A DNA stretch of 64,000 nucleotides. It comes from Amoeboaphelidium protococcarum X5 (taxonomy: Eukaryota > Fungi > Aphelidiomycota). Shown here piece by piece: positions 44,728-57,257 of this stretch. The DNA lies in NCBI GenBank assembly GCA_023515725.1, contig JALDTO010000192.1, positions 761,517 to 825,516 of the forward strand. Reading direction: 5' to 3'. A model generated the notes under the pieces. The model had not been told where the DNA came from and ran no database searches. It saw only the letters and a program-made list of their open reading frames with translations. Both the position numbers and the translations under genes were made by a program. Every line of letters begins with the position of its first letter. The first letter of the stretch is position 1.

Positions 44728-47658
44728 ATGTTCATTTAACGATTTAGAAGATTACGTCGATCCGTACTGGTGGTCGGTTTGATTTTGTACGTTCTGGTGA
44801 TGCTGTTCTCTGGCGATGGCAATGCTCAACTTAGAAAAGCTAGTAAAAGAATATTTGGCGGTAAAGTATACTCATATGGTGGGCGTGATTTTGAGATAGT
44901 TCCCTATGCCCATTCTATTCAAGGCGCAGTTTTGAACAAGGTCGACTCGGATGCGTAAGCATCTTGTGTTCACATTATGGTGCATGGAGATATTACTAAT
45001 CGGCAATTGTTGAATGCAACTTTATACTCCATCACTTAACAATCGTTTGCTGATGTGCAAGTTTTTATACTATCTGAAGATCAACAAGAGCGTAATTTGA
45101 GAAGTGCGCGTGACTGCTCTGGCACGATGACTATGGTTGCTCAGTCTGCATGTCGCTGGACGATGGCTCTAAAGGCTGGTGAGACGTTTAGTCGTAGAGA
45201 TGCGTTGGAAGACTCTATGGCTTCTATAGTTGTTGTTGAGAATAAGTATGGGATTTTTGCACTTGCTGGAGATGAGTAGCAGCCGCGTAATTATCTGTCG
45301 CCGTAAACTGAATGGCAGAATGTTATAAAACTGGTCTATGGAGGAGATTTTGCTCTCTCTAATACTATTAATGACATTGCAGCACTTAAAGCTAGTCTTG
45401 GTAGTGTGGCTCAATTATAATGTGCTGCTTTATATGATGAAATTGCGTAAATGGCTATATTTGATCGAAGGATTAGTATAATCTCTGGCAGAATCTCTCA
45501 GTTGGGCCACCAGTACTAGACAAGGTTGAAGTTGATCGACAACCGTATCGCTGAAGACTTGCTAATTAAGAGGCCGCCTTTGGTGTCAGTTATAATTCCC
45601 TATTATAATAGCGGTATCTACGCACAAGAGTCCTTCGATGCCCTCTCTAACTAGAGTTTTAGCGACTTGGAGATAATAATCGTCGATGATGGATCAAGCA
45701 ACCGCGAGCGCCAACTCTTGGATGCATCGATACAAAGCACGTTAAGTAACTGGAATGTGAGAGTTGTTAGTCAACAAAATCGTGGACTATCCTATGCGCG
45801 AAACATTGGTGCGTTGCATGCTAAGGGAGAGTTTATCATCTTCTTCGACCCGGACGATCTTATCAATGCCACCACGATCGAGAAGCTGGCGTTAAAGTTG
45901 TGCGAACACAAAGACGCGACGTATATCTTCCCTGGCTCAGTGCATTTTGGGGAATTCAATCAAGTAATCTTGAAGGATTTCGACAGAAAGAAGTTACTGG
46001 AAGAGAATTATCTCCCGTCATTCGCGATGGTTAATAGACAGGACTACATTATGGCTGGTGGCATGGACGAAACATTCAATGGCTGGGAAGATTATGACTT
46101 TTGGTTGAGACTGCTTGGTGAGAATAAGCACGGCAAGTTGCTGAATGAAAAGCTGTTCTTCTACAGGCGTCATAAGAATGGTATGACTGGGAAAATTATT
46201 AGCCAAAAGCTGAATTCTGACCAGTTAAAGGAACAGTTGGTCAAGCGTAATGCAAAAGCTTATGGTCTGTAATCTAGCAATGGAGCTGGTCACAAGATTA
46301 AGCGATTAGATCAACGCTATTATGAAAAGTTCAATGTATCTCTCTCTAATAACATACAATTCGGTAGCCATGATGTAATATTTACGTCACCGCCTGTCAA
46401 TAATCATCCATCCTTATCAATGCACAACATGAGACAATCAAAGACTCGGGATGTTATAAATGTGCTGTACATGATCCCCTATATGACCGTAGGTGGAGCG
46501 GAGTAAGTTGATATTGATGTGATCCATGCTCTTGCCACCACAGCCAAATTAGATGGGCATCAAAGATTCAGAGTGACAGTTGTGACTGAAGATGAAAGCA
46601 AAGCACACGTCTGGGAAGATCGATTTTCTCCTTGGTGTCATGAAATTTTCCATTTGGGAAAGATTGCTAATGGCTGGCAAAGTAGTATGCGATTAGTTGA
46701 GTACCTGATCTACTCTCGAGCTATTGATGTTGTATTTGTCCGCAATAACTACCTTGGGTACAATATAGCCAGAAAATTTAAATAAGAGTACAACTCACAA
46801 GTCAAGTTTATTGACCTCATTCATTTATACGCTATACATGCTGCATGGGATGGATACTCTGTCGATTATCATAAATTCCTGGATTCACGCGTTCTTATAA
46901 GTGATGATCTACATTAATATATGCAAGACAAGTTTCGCTTGTCGGCTGATGACTTTACTGTGATTTATAATGGAATTGATCTTGATTAGTATAACAAAGA
47001 TAAGATATCAGTGTTGAGGCAGGTGAACTTGAGAAAGAAGTTGGGTATACCGGCCAAGTCTCCCATTGTGGCATTCGTAGGTAGAGTGGACGAGCAGAAA
47101 GATCCAGAGAAGTGGATGCGCATTGCTGCACAAATACAGAGAGTCAATAATGCAGAAATCCACTTTGTAGTTATTGGAAATGGTGATAAGATGCCCATAA
47201 TGCAAAGTCTAGAGCTGTCTCTGGAAATATAACGTGTGCACTTTGTTGGACACGTTGATCATGTCGAGCACTATTTGGTTGATGTTGATGTTCTGCTGAT
47301 TACGTCAATATATGAAGGTGTTCCATTTACTGCTATTTATGCGGCGTCTCTTGGAATACCAATAGTGGCCTCCAGAGTGGGCGGCATTGCTGAGGTTGTT
47401 TATGACGGTGAAAATGGCAAACTGTTGGATGTGAAAGCGCCAATTGATGCGTACGCAAAAGCTGTGTCTGATACTATTAATATGAAAGTGGATCAGTAGG
47501 TGATTAAAAAAGTAAGATCAAAGTTTGATATATCTATAATGCGCTCACGTTATGTTGAGCTATTTACATCTGTGGCATCTGGAATTGATTAGAACAAATT
47601 GCGTAATGAGCGAGTTTCAAAGGCTTTCATGGAAGCAATTGGCTCATCCGAAGTTTGA
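44728..47658 (+). CDS. Type II membrane multidomain glycosyltransferase C, paralog of A, 976 aa, intronless
   Basis: MFIQRFRRLRR + TM VLVVGLILYVLVMLF. Shares with gene A: GEFIIFFDPDDLIN, FPGSVHFGEFN, GWEDYDFWLRL, YRRHKNGMTG, KDPEKW; GT4 SIYEGVP. Confidence 0.9.
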
Positions 47659-47953
47659 ATGAAAATGAAGTTTATGTCGAAAATAGATGGCTTGTATTTA
47701 AATCTTTGACTCTGAATTTAATGAGATTTGTCTTTTTCTCCGTACCTCCTCTTGATTATGCATTCATATCGCGTCACTTGTAAAATAAACTGATTAAGAC
47801 TCGCATCCTATCAACACAACAAAACACTTGAACATATATATCTACTTTTAAAAAGTATAATGTCATTCTCAAAAACAATCAAAATCAAAATGAAGATTCT
47901 ACCATAAATGTCAATCTACCAGACATAGAATAGGAAGCCGAATATATACAGGA

Positions 47954-47977
47954 AGAGAGAGAGAGAGAGTGAGAGAG
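47954..47977 (+). repeat. (GA)n microsatellite upstream of delta-COP
   Basis: agagagagagagagagtgagagag. Confidence 0.75.
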
Positions 47978-48225
47978 GGCGTACAAATGTTGGTGTTTCT
48001 GATTCTTCAAACAAGTCGCTTTTCGTTCGTTCGTTCGCGCCGCTCTTTTTGAAAACTGTCGATTTCCTCCGTTCTTTCTGGTTATAATATCAGTGAATTG
48101 CTCTCTTAAAGCTACTGTATTGTTGTACTTTAGTTTATCATAAATCTCTTGCTCATATAAATAAATATATTGTTAGCTCCCAATAGTAGTGAGTGCAATT
48201 GTTGTTGTTGTTATTATTGCAAGTT

Positions 48226-50199
48226 ATGGTTGTTCTATCTGCTAGTATTTGTACAAAGAGCGGGAATGGTAAGTTGGAATTGAATTCTGAATGTCTTACT
48301 TGATTTTAATATGATGGATGGATGGATGGATGTGTATGCGTGCATTCATACCATTTTATAGAGTGTGTGTGTAGCCGTGGTTAGTCGACAATTTATTGAA
48401 GTAGGACGAGGTAGAATTGAGGGACTACTGGCTTCTTTTCCCAAGTTGATAAGTAGCGGGTAGCAGCACACATTTGTTGAGACTGATAGTGTTCGCTTCG
48501 TGTACCAACCATTGGATGAACTTTACATGGTAAGCTATTTGATTATTTAGTAGAAGTGATGTCTTAATTTTTGATTTTATGATTTACGGTCTCCTCAGTC
48601 TACATCGCGATGGACTGAGGGCTGTGTTACATATATATATATATATATCTGTAGGTACTCATAACTAACAAGTAGTCTAATATACTGCAGGATATTGACA
48701 CTCTCCACCTTTTTGCTAGGACTGCATCCGACCTGTGTAAGAGTATGAAAGTTGTAGAAGTGGCAGGCTAGGCTTTCGACCTGATCATGGCATTTGATGA
48801 AATTGTATCAGCTGGTGGACTGCGCGAAAACGTTGATCTATCCCAGATTAGGACCAACATCGCCATGGAGAGTCATGAAGAGAAGCTGGCCGAGATTATG
48901 TAGAAGAATAAGGAGCGAGAGGCTGCTGAGGCTGCCAAGAAGAAGGCCAAGGAGTTTGAGATTTAGAAGAGAGCTGAGCGGGCAATGAAGGCTGCTATGG
49001 GTGGTAGTAGTAGTGGTGGCATGGGTTCCGCTTATTCTTCACTATAGTAGTCCAAAGTGTCGCCTGTAAGTGGTATGGGCGGCTCTTAGTATGGCAGATA
49101 GGATACTGGAAATTTTGGCTCTGGTGGGAGTGGTGTCGGACTGGGCACACCTAGTAATGCTTCAGCTTTGGCTGCCAACGCTCCCAAAAAGGGACTATAG
49201 CTGGGATCCAAACAGAAGATGGGCGGCATGTTTGACACTATCCGCCAAGATGAAGGTATCCCCAATGTGCCTGTTTTATCCTAACAACCAGGTGGATTGT
49301 CCGGTAATGGAAATGCATCTATGACTAGCTCTATTGGTGCCATGTCGCCTCAACAGCAATTATAATCTTATCAGTCATAGCAATAGAGTGCCAGCAATGA
49401 GGCTGTTCAGGTCGTTATTGATGAAAAGATTATTGCCACTCTGCACAGAGATGGAGGCCTTGAGAATCTTGAAGTCAAAGGTGAGATGACTTTGAGATGT
49501 CTAGATGCGAACAAGGCCAAGTTGAAGCTGCAGGTGTAAGCTGTGGATGAACCTAATCTTACCTTCAAGACTCATCCGCACGTTGATAAATAGTTGTGGT
49601 CAAGTAGTCATGTTATTACGACCAAAGATGCGAATAAGTCATTCCCCCTCAACTAGAATCTGCCAGTGCTAAAGTGGAGGTATTCGTGTAAAGACGAGAG
49701 TATGGTGCCGCTGTCTGTAAGTGTGTGGCCTTCTGTGAGCGGTAATGGATCGCTGGACTGCAGTCTGGAGTATGAACTTTTATCAGAGAAGCTGGTCATG
49801 AAGAATGTAGTCATCTCTATTCCTGTGCCGTAAGTTTTTCGCACTGTCTTACTGTATGTCATCTAATATATTGTGTGTGTGTGTGTGTCTGTGTGTAGAG
49901 CGTTGCCAAAAATTAATAATTGCGATGGAGATTATCAATTGACGAACGGTCAAAAGACATTGGAGTGGAGAGTGTAGTTAATAGATGCAGACAGCCCATC
50001 AGGAACATTGGAGTTTAGCATTAAAGGCACTGAGGATGTTAATGCCTTGTTCCCGGTCAAAGTTTAGTTTAACTGTGATATGTCGTTCTGTGCAGTTGCT
50101 TTGACAAAAGTTCTTGACGGTGCCAGTGGAGGTGGAGAAGCCCCTGTTGCTCACTCTAAAGTCGTCTCCCTCTCTGCCGAGGATTATACAATTGTGTGA
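48226..50199 (+). CDS. RET2: Coatomer delta subunit; introns 48269-48374, 48530-48654, 49830-49898
   Basis: MVVLSASICTKSG, SRQF..RIEGLLASFPKL..QHTFVETDSVRFVYQP, SNILQDI, MESHEEK, FKTHPHVDK, VLKWR. Confidence 0.94.
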
Positions 50200-50319
50200 G
50201 ACGCTTTCTTTTTGATAAAAATAATAATTTCATATGAATTGAATATCTTTAGTAAACGCGATTTATCTTTTACATGTCCGACCTACTTGCTTCAACCAAA
50301 TCAATTAGATCCGTCTTGA

Positions 50320-52191
50320 TCACTAAGAGGATTGCAAATTCATGGCAGATAAATGTTAATGTAGAGGTGGAATACTCTGAGACTATTAGTACTGATGCGG
50401 TTATTATTGTTAAACTACCGCAACTTTGTGATATAATTGCATTGAGGCCAGGCGGATGACGCGACATAATCTCTACCAACTTTCGATAGTTTTATGGACT
50501 ACATCATCTTCAAGAATCTTGTTATTAACACTATTCAAACTAGTCTGACTGGCAGTTTTATGAAATGGGAACAAGCTCGGTTATATAATGTCTCCAGGTG
50601 CAGCGATGGTTTCTTACTACGTCTGCATCCGTAACTGTTGCTGATGATCTAACACATTCTATAACTATTACTTCTGATTACCCCCAGCTTGCAATAACTG
50701 CTACATCTTGAGCCATTAAACATACGAAATCCATCCATCCTCAATACTCGTCATAGTAATGGAAAAGTCCTGCATGGACCATCCAGCATTGCAGCACGGC
50801 TCTAGAATCTTTTCAAATAGAGTGATCAGAAAATTCTTTAGCTCTTTGCTATTATTTAATGATGATCCAATAGACACCACACTTTTCACCAACTACTTCA
50901 GCACTGACGGATAATTATTGCCGCTAGCACTTATGCTGTTAACATTCCAACTCTATTACTGTGACTGCAACTGATACTATTGTTACAACTATGCTGCAAC
51001 TAAACTTGATAACTACAACGTGGCTTAGCCATCAGCAGGATTACTAGAGGAAGTGAAGTCACTGATGGTCGAGGCAATAAGAGAGTTCATCACTACCAGT
51101 CTGAAATCCTCGCTGATATCTTTGGAGTTATAGTAGTACTTCAATTCTTTGATATCTGACACCAACTTGGGATCCACATCCTCCACATACTAGTCCGCAT
51201 CAAGAATATTGGACGCGAGATCACTATTTAATCCCAGATATTATTGCTATTGTTAGTGTTACTGATGAATGCGCTGATTCTAGTTGCTAGTACCTTAAGA
51301 ATGTTGGAGTTGTTTTTACTATTACTATTATTATTGCTACTCTAACTAATCGTATTACAGCGTCCAATTATCTAAAATCAAACCACCAATGTACTCCAAA
51401 TCTTAGTAATCACACACATTCAACTTGGCAGACTTGTTGATGCAAGAGTCTATACGGGAATCATACATGAACGTGATGATTGAGTACCGTCTCACAAGGT
51501 CAGCAGGAAGCTAATAGTACACGGATAACACTCGATCATACGGCATTTTCAGCTCTTCCACCTTCTTACTTATACGCCTGATGTTATCAACCAAACGCTT
51601 AATACTACCCACACTTACACTGCATTTTATGGCTATTTCGTCCAACTCTTTACGGACAGATTTGTTCAGCAATAAGCGCCCTCTCATAACTTTGCCGGCA
51701 GCACCTTGCGCAGATGACGATTGAATTGAAGACACGAAGCCTTTCAGTTTCCTACCAAACAATTCTCTCATTACACCATCATTAAAATCATAATACATTG
51801 ACACCATGACGTTCATCACTTTCAAGTGTGGATGCTTCAATATATACGCGCCTTATTCATCACTCAGTTCCGCAGTCTACTATGAATTTGATAGAGGTAG
51901 TAAATCATCGTCAGGCAGACGATGTAATTATTGAGACTTGAAAGCTATAGGATGATGGAGATAATGTTCTAGCTGTTTAAATAGGATGTATTGCGAGGTG
52001 ATATATTTAGGATTAGAATATTGATGTAGACCTTTCAGCACAAGATTCTACTGAGCATCTTCCACACTTTAACCTTCAAGCCAGCACTGATACACGTACG
52101 GGATTGGGATCTGGCCATTCACCCACAGAACATTCCATTCTGACTAATACTGATGACCTCCAGGATTTCTACTACTACCGTAGTCGGGCAT
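50320..52191 (-). CDS. FIBP: FIBP (acidic FGF intracellular binding protein) homolog with Gln-rich insertions, 623 aa
   Basis: VYQCWLEGQSVEDA, YYDFNDGVMRELFGRKL, RKELDEIA..SIKRLVDNIRRISKKVEE, KELKNFLITLFEKI. Motifs recalled from the FIBP family. Confidence 0.78.
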
Positions 52192-52477
52192 GCTTTAGTT
52201 TACTCTATTCAAAAAAAATAATACTGACAATAAACCTATCAAATAGAAAGTATTATGCAGGGCAAAAGCGGAAAGTTTGTGCGACAGCGCAGAAAAGTTC
52301 TTTGAACGGTGATAAATAAATATAGACAGGGCAACAGCATGCTAAATCGACAAAAAGTGAATCGACAACACTCTACATTCCCTTGCCATCTCTGATCAAA
52401 GTACTACTAGAGCCCGACAAATCTTGACTACTGAGATCGAAACGAGTTCAGGTAGATCATTTGTGGTATGATCGTCG

Positions 52478-52796
52478 ATGAATGTTGCTGACGCTGTTAA
52501 TCTTAAGGTGACTCTTGATTAGGTGCAGAGTTGAGAGGTGACGTAATGAGGTGGCGCAGCAATTGTTGACGTTATCAAGACTGCAGAGTGCGTCATAGAT
52601 CTTCTCTGGGTGCCGATTATTGCAAGTGAGAAGTGCATTATCAGGTAGTGGTTTAGGGAATAGTGAATCAGTAGTAATAAAGTATAATCTAGTACAGAAA
52701 CAGTACCAGCAGTATCATGAATGATACGGTCGCGTTAGATCTTAAGGTGACTCTTGATTAGGTGCTGGATAGAGATGTGACGCAATGGTGGTGCAT
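52478..52796. repeat. Dispersed direct repeat, two ~80-bp copies 239 bp apart with a 27-bp identical core
   Basis: ATCTTAAGGTGACTCTTGATTAGGTGC at 52500-52526 and 52739-52765, with similar flanks. Confidence 0.85.
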
Positions 52797-53174
52797 TCAT
52801 CCCACTTTTAATCGCGATTGACACCTCATCATCAGCAAGTCACTGCCTTCCCATATAACGAAACAACGACGGGCCCCCGATCTTTCAAAGTCATAGCGTA
52901 ACTCGAGATACACCTACCTATTCGAATGTTCATAAAGATCTGACAAGGTCGCTTATACCAAATTGACATTGAAAAGCCAGTCACACATATACAGACGCAG
53001 TAAAAGTTTGCCAACGCACACTTTCCAAGGTCGATGCTTCTGGATCTTGAATTGGAAATTCCACCAACAGCGGTCTTCTTCTCTTCTAAGCGCGATTTTG
53101 AAAAATTGCCACACCACTTTCCTTCCGCAGAGAGATTGAGTTTTTACAAAAACAACACTCTTAGCTGATTTTAT

Positions 53175-54170
53175 ATGCCTCTCCTTGTGGCAGTTATTGA
53201 TATTAATCCCGCATTCGTCGATGGAGATTAATTCTAGTCATGTATAGAAAGTCTGTGCACGTATTTTAAAGCATATTAGATGATGCATATGGCGAATCGT
53301 GTCGAGTTTATATTCCCTTCTCTATTCGGCACCGGTAACGACTAGAACACATTATAACATTAGTATTAGACTTTGACCACTAATCTAAACGGTTCCGTCA
53401 TTTCATAGCGAGTGTTGCCTCTGGATCTGGTAGAAATACAAAATAGATTTTTACATCAGTATGAACTATCGCTGAACTCTTATGCTTAAACACGAGGAAT
53501 ATCATCAGCTCTCGGTCGTGCACTTTGCTTCATTAACAGGCGGTCACATGCATTGAATGGAGGTATTCCGCATGTTCAAGTTAGGAATTACAATATGCAA
53601 AGTGATTTTGATGTTGGCGGTTACTAGTAGATTTTCGTGTTTTCCACCAGCCCAGATATTAAGTCTGAGTACATTCCGCTTATGAACACTGTGTTCACAT
53701 GTTAGCGAATGGGTATTAAGGTGAACGTCTGTCGCTTTAACACTTTAACTAGTGAATAGAGCATTGCTAGTGGCGCAGAAATGGGTAGCTCGAACAGCAA
53801 AGCTAATCACAAATGCTAGAGTTCTGTTTTCATGTAATAGGTAGCTCACATTACGCACGGCGTGTATATAGATGTGGATTAAAAGTCAACGCTTACCTCG
53901 GCGCTCTTAAGTGCTTTCATTGTCTCTGGTAAAGTTGATTCTGGACTTTATCAAGGCAATACTTTGAATACCAACGTGACTTCTGAAGGTGCTTTGACGA
54001 GTTATGTGGTGGTACCTTGCCCGTCTAAAGTCGATCTTAGGGCCACTTGCTTCTGCCATGGTGATATTGTAGATATGGCATACGTATGCTCAGTATGCCT
54101 AGCTGTGTACTGCGATTTGAGCAATTAATGCAAAACGTGCGGTACTCATTACGGACGAGTTGATCGGTGA
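53175..54170 (+). CDS. TFB4: TFIIH subunit Tfb4/p34, 331 aa
   Basis: LLVAVIDINP, ALGRALCFINR, EYIPLMN, FMQQVAHITHGVY, VDLRATCFCH..AYVCSVCLAVYC..CKTC. Missed by the ORF track. Confidence 0.92.
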
Positions 54171-54388
54171 TTTAGAGATGAATAGATTAATACTAAGGCT
54201 CTGATTATTGAAAGTCTGAAGTTAACCACGTGGTCAATGTGTATGGTTCTTCTCTTTTGATGATGATCCTGGAGGGATTACCGACCTGGCTATTTTAGCC
54301 CTTTGAGACTGACTGTTCATCTATTGATAAAGTTGGATTTATTTAATAAAGTAACCATAGTTTATATTTTAATGCTCAAAAAGCAGTT

Positions 54389-56957
54389 TCACGAACCAGC
54401 TTCATTCTCAAAGCACTTGAGATCCAAGGCGCGAACATTAACCTCCATAGCTTGGCAAGCATCAGTCAAGGTAGGCTGATTCTATCTTCTTTCCCTCGCT
54501 TACTGCTACCTGAAAATGTCGGCAATCTTCTTCATGATCGGACTCTTTATAGACATTAGCTTATTAAATCGGTCAGCATACTCGTTCGTCTTCGTAGTGA
54601 TAAGGTCGCCTTCATCATAAAGCCAATCGGATACTTCAGATAGAGTTTACCTGATCTAATCTCTTTCGTGATCCAAAGTGATTTGCAGCACATGCTCCAC
54701 GTCCAAGTAATCCATAAACGAATACACAAAAGACTCAAGCTTATTCCTTGCATCCTCACGCTCTACTCTTAGCGTCTCTAGTTTCTTGTACTGAGCCAGA
54801 CTATCAATAATCTTCTTCTTCTACTGATCATCAAGAGGAATGTATCCAAGTGCTTTGGTAGTGACATTAAGCTTGACTATCTTCACTTTAGGACCTGCAT
54901 TATCTTTTACAGTTGAATTTATGCTAGATGAAGAAGAATTAGTCAACTTGCTCTTATTACTATTGTCCAAAGTTGAATTGCCATTCAGAGTGTCATTCTT
55001 TCCAGTGTCTGCGTTCTTCATCGGACCTTCACTGTCTTTTACTGCGTCGGATGACTACTCATCTATTTTGTCCGATGTACCATCTTATTGGTCATCCCCA
55101 CCGTCGCTGTCAGACTTGCCACCAAACAGAGACATCACAGTATCGCGAATAGTATCACCCACGCCCTTCTGCTACTTTTTAGCATCATCGCTACTTGATA
55201 GCTGCAACTCTAAATACGCATCTTCAACTGATACCATGTCATTTGCGTTCAAATAAATCACCACCTTGGATTTTGTATCGCCATCTTCCGCAATCTCATC
55301 CTTGTACTTGGTCAAAGCTTCACTGATACCACTGATATGAATGGACGCAATTTCTTTGCATCCAAACTACTAGTCTTTCTCTTCGTCTGCATCATATTAC
55401 AGCAAGAGCTCAAAATCAGAATCTCGTTTAAACACCATCCTCTTTCTACTATCTAACAAGGACCCAGCTTTGTACAGTTTCTACTACACAATCTTTCCTT
55501 ATTCTGCAAAACTAAAGTCCGTACTTACCGACTACTACTGCTGCTAATAACTGATCTTTATAGTATGAGCAGCGATATCCTTTATAGAAAACTCTCGAAC
55601 TTTAAATTATGGACTAATTTAAGCGGCACGCAGAGTTGCTCCCAGCACGGCAGCCTCATCTGCATTGACGTGTTTAGCTATTTTATCAGCTCCAACAAGA
55701 CGTTACAATCCTTGTTAAACGGCAGGTACACGCTAACCGCCACCGACCAGCACGAACGATTAGATATCTTTCAAAGTGAGATTAGATGACTGAATGACTT
55801 GATCAATCGGATTACCAATTCTCTTCAGCAGGTCTTGACAAGAGTTCTCAAACTCGGCCCTTCTAACAGTAGTCTTGAAATCAATGTCATGAAATACACC
55901 TTCCACCGACGCCTGGGCATCCGTGTTTGCACTCAGAATGTGCTTTACACGATTAGCCTCTCTCAACAGCTTGGACATGGCCCTGTGATCTTTCGTGATA
56001 TCGTCTTTCAATTTCGCACCAACACCTTCTTTGAACTTGCGCACTAAAAGCTGCTACAGTCTGGCATCAAACTCATGACCTCCCAAGGTACGATCATATC
56101 CCATGGCCAACACTTGGATGGAAGTGACATTCTTGGTCATACGCGACTTTGGTAAAATCTTCTCCTGGATACTGCGAAATTCAATCAAGGATGCAACAGT
56201 ACTACCAGCTCCGAAATCATAAAATATATGATACTAAGGCTTGTCATCAAACTGTCTGGTGGAAGCATAATTCAGAGCCACGGCAGTCTCATCATTCATA
56301 AGACTGAGAACGCGAATACCAGCTAGTTCTGCTGCATCAATCAAAGCCTATCGCTCATGTTGAGTCCAGAACGGAGGAACAGTGAGCACCGCATCTCTGA
56401 CAATTTCCTCTGCAAATTGCTCCACCTGATCGCGAGTGTACGCAAGCTGCATTGCAATCAATTCTTCTACAGAGAACTCCTATTCCGACTAGCCATCAGA
56501 AGCACCACTCTTATGTTTAAATGCACAAGTATGGCGCAGGGAATCCTCAACCAGTTCATTATCGCAACCCTCCCGAAATTACTGAACCAAAGAGTCGTTA
56601 TACAGGCGACCAACCAGATTCTTCAACTTTCCATATGCTTCCTTTGGTCTTTTAACTCCCTACACACACACATATATATATTAAAATAGTTGTCAATGAT
56701 ATGAATAAAGTACCAATTCGTATCGTTCAACTTACCTAGCTCACACCTTCGCTACCAAAATACCTAATTCCGTCTCTGATTGTCACAACAGCATCAGCCT
56801 TGCGCTTCGAGTCCTTCGTGAGCACCAAGTCCATCGGGATGCCAGGCTTCACCAGGCCAACCTTGATCCACTCTGTTCCAAAGTCAATACCCATAACAGC
56901 AGCCTGACAAGTGCCAATTAATGCAGCGGCAACAGAAGCTAATATAATAAACTTCAT
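54389..56957 (-). CDS. LHS1: ER lumenal Hsp70-family nucleotide exchange factor (Lhs1/Grp170/HYOU1), 830 aa; intron 56660-56735
   Basis: Signal peptide, AVMGIDFGTEWIKVGLVKPGIP..SKRK, ETAVALNYA, YDFGAGST, KLLREANRVKHILSAN, VNADEAAVLGA. Confidence 0.9.
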
Positions 56958-57257
56958 TTTCCCTAAGTGTAAATGATGATACTCCACTGCAAGCGAAAAG
57001 ATAATGAAGAATAATGATTTAACTCCTTCGTGAACAAGATCGAGAAAAAGTTTCTTGAAGATGAAATCGAGCGAGGGAGATCAGAAAAGAGCCAATTGTC
57101 CCGTTTCGCGTTCGCGTTTCATTATTCCACTTGAAAGGCTGGATAGGGAAGAGCAATACAAGAAATGCTAATAATAATGAAAATGATGAATCTTTAGAAA
57201 GGAGTAGAGAGGCAAAATGACGTGTTAGATATCTTGATTCAAGTATCATATATCAAA

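Noticed and set aside
39554-47658. Bacterial contaminant or operon for the glycosyltransferases
   Set aside because: The genes use TAR=Gln, have eukaryotic type II anchors, B has a spliceosomal intron, and they are contiguous with host genes.
44491-52796. CRISPR array or LTR interpretation of the two direct-repeat pairs
   Set aside because: Only two copies each, no spacer series, no cas/gag/pol genes, no TG..CA ends; eukaryotic context.
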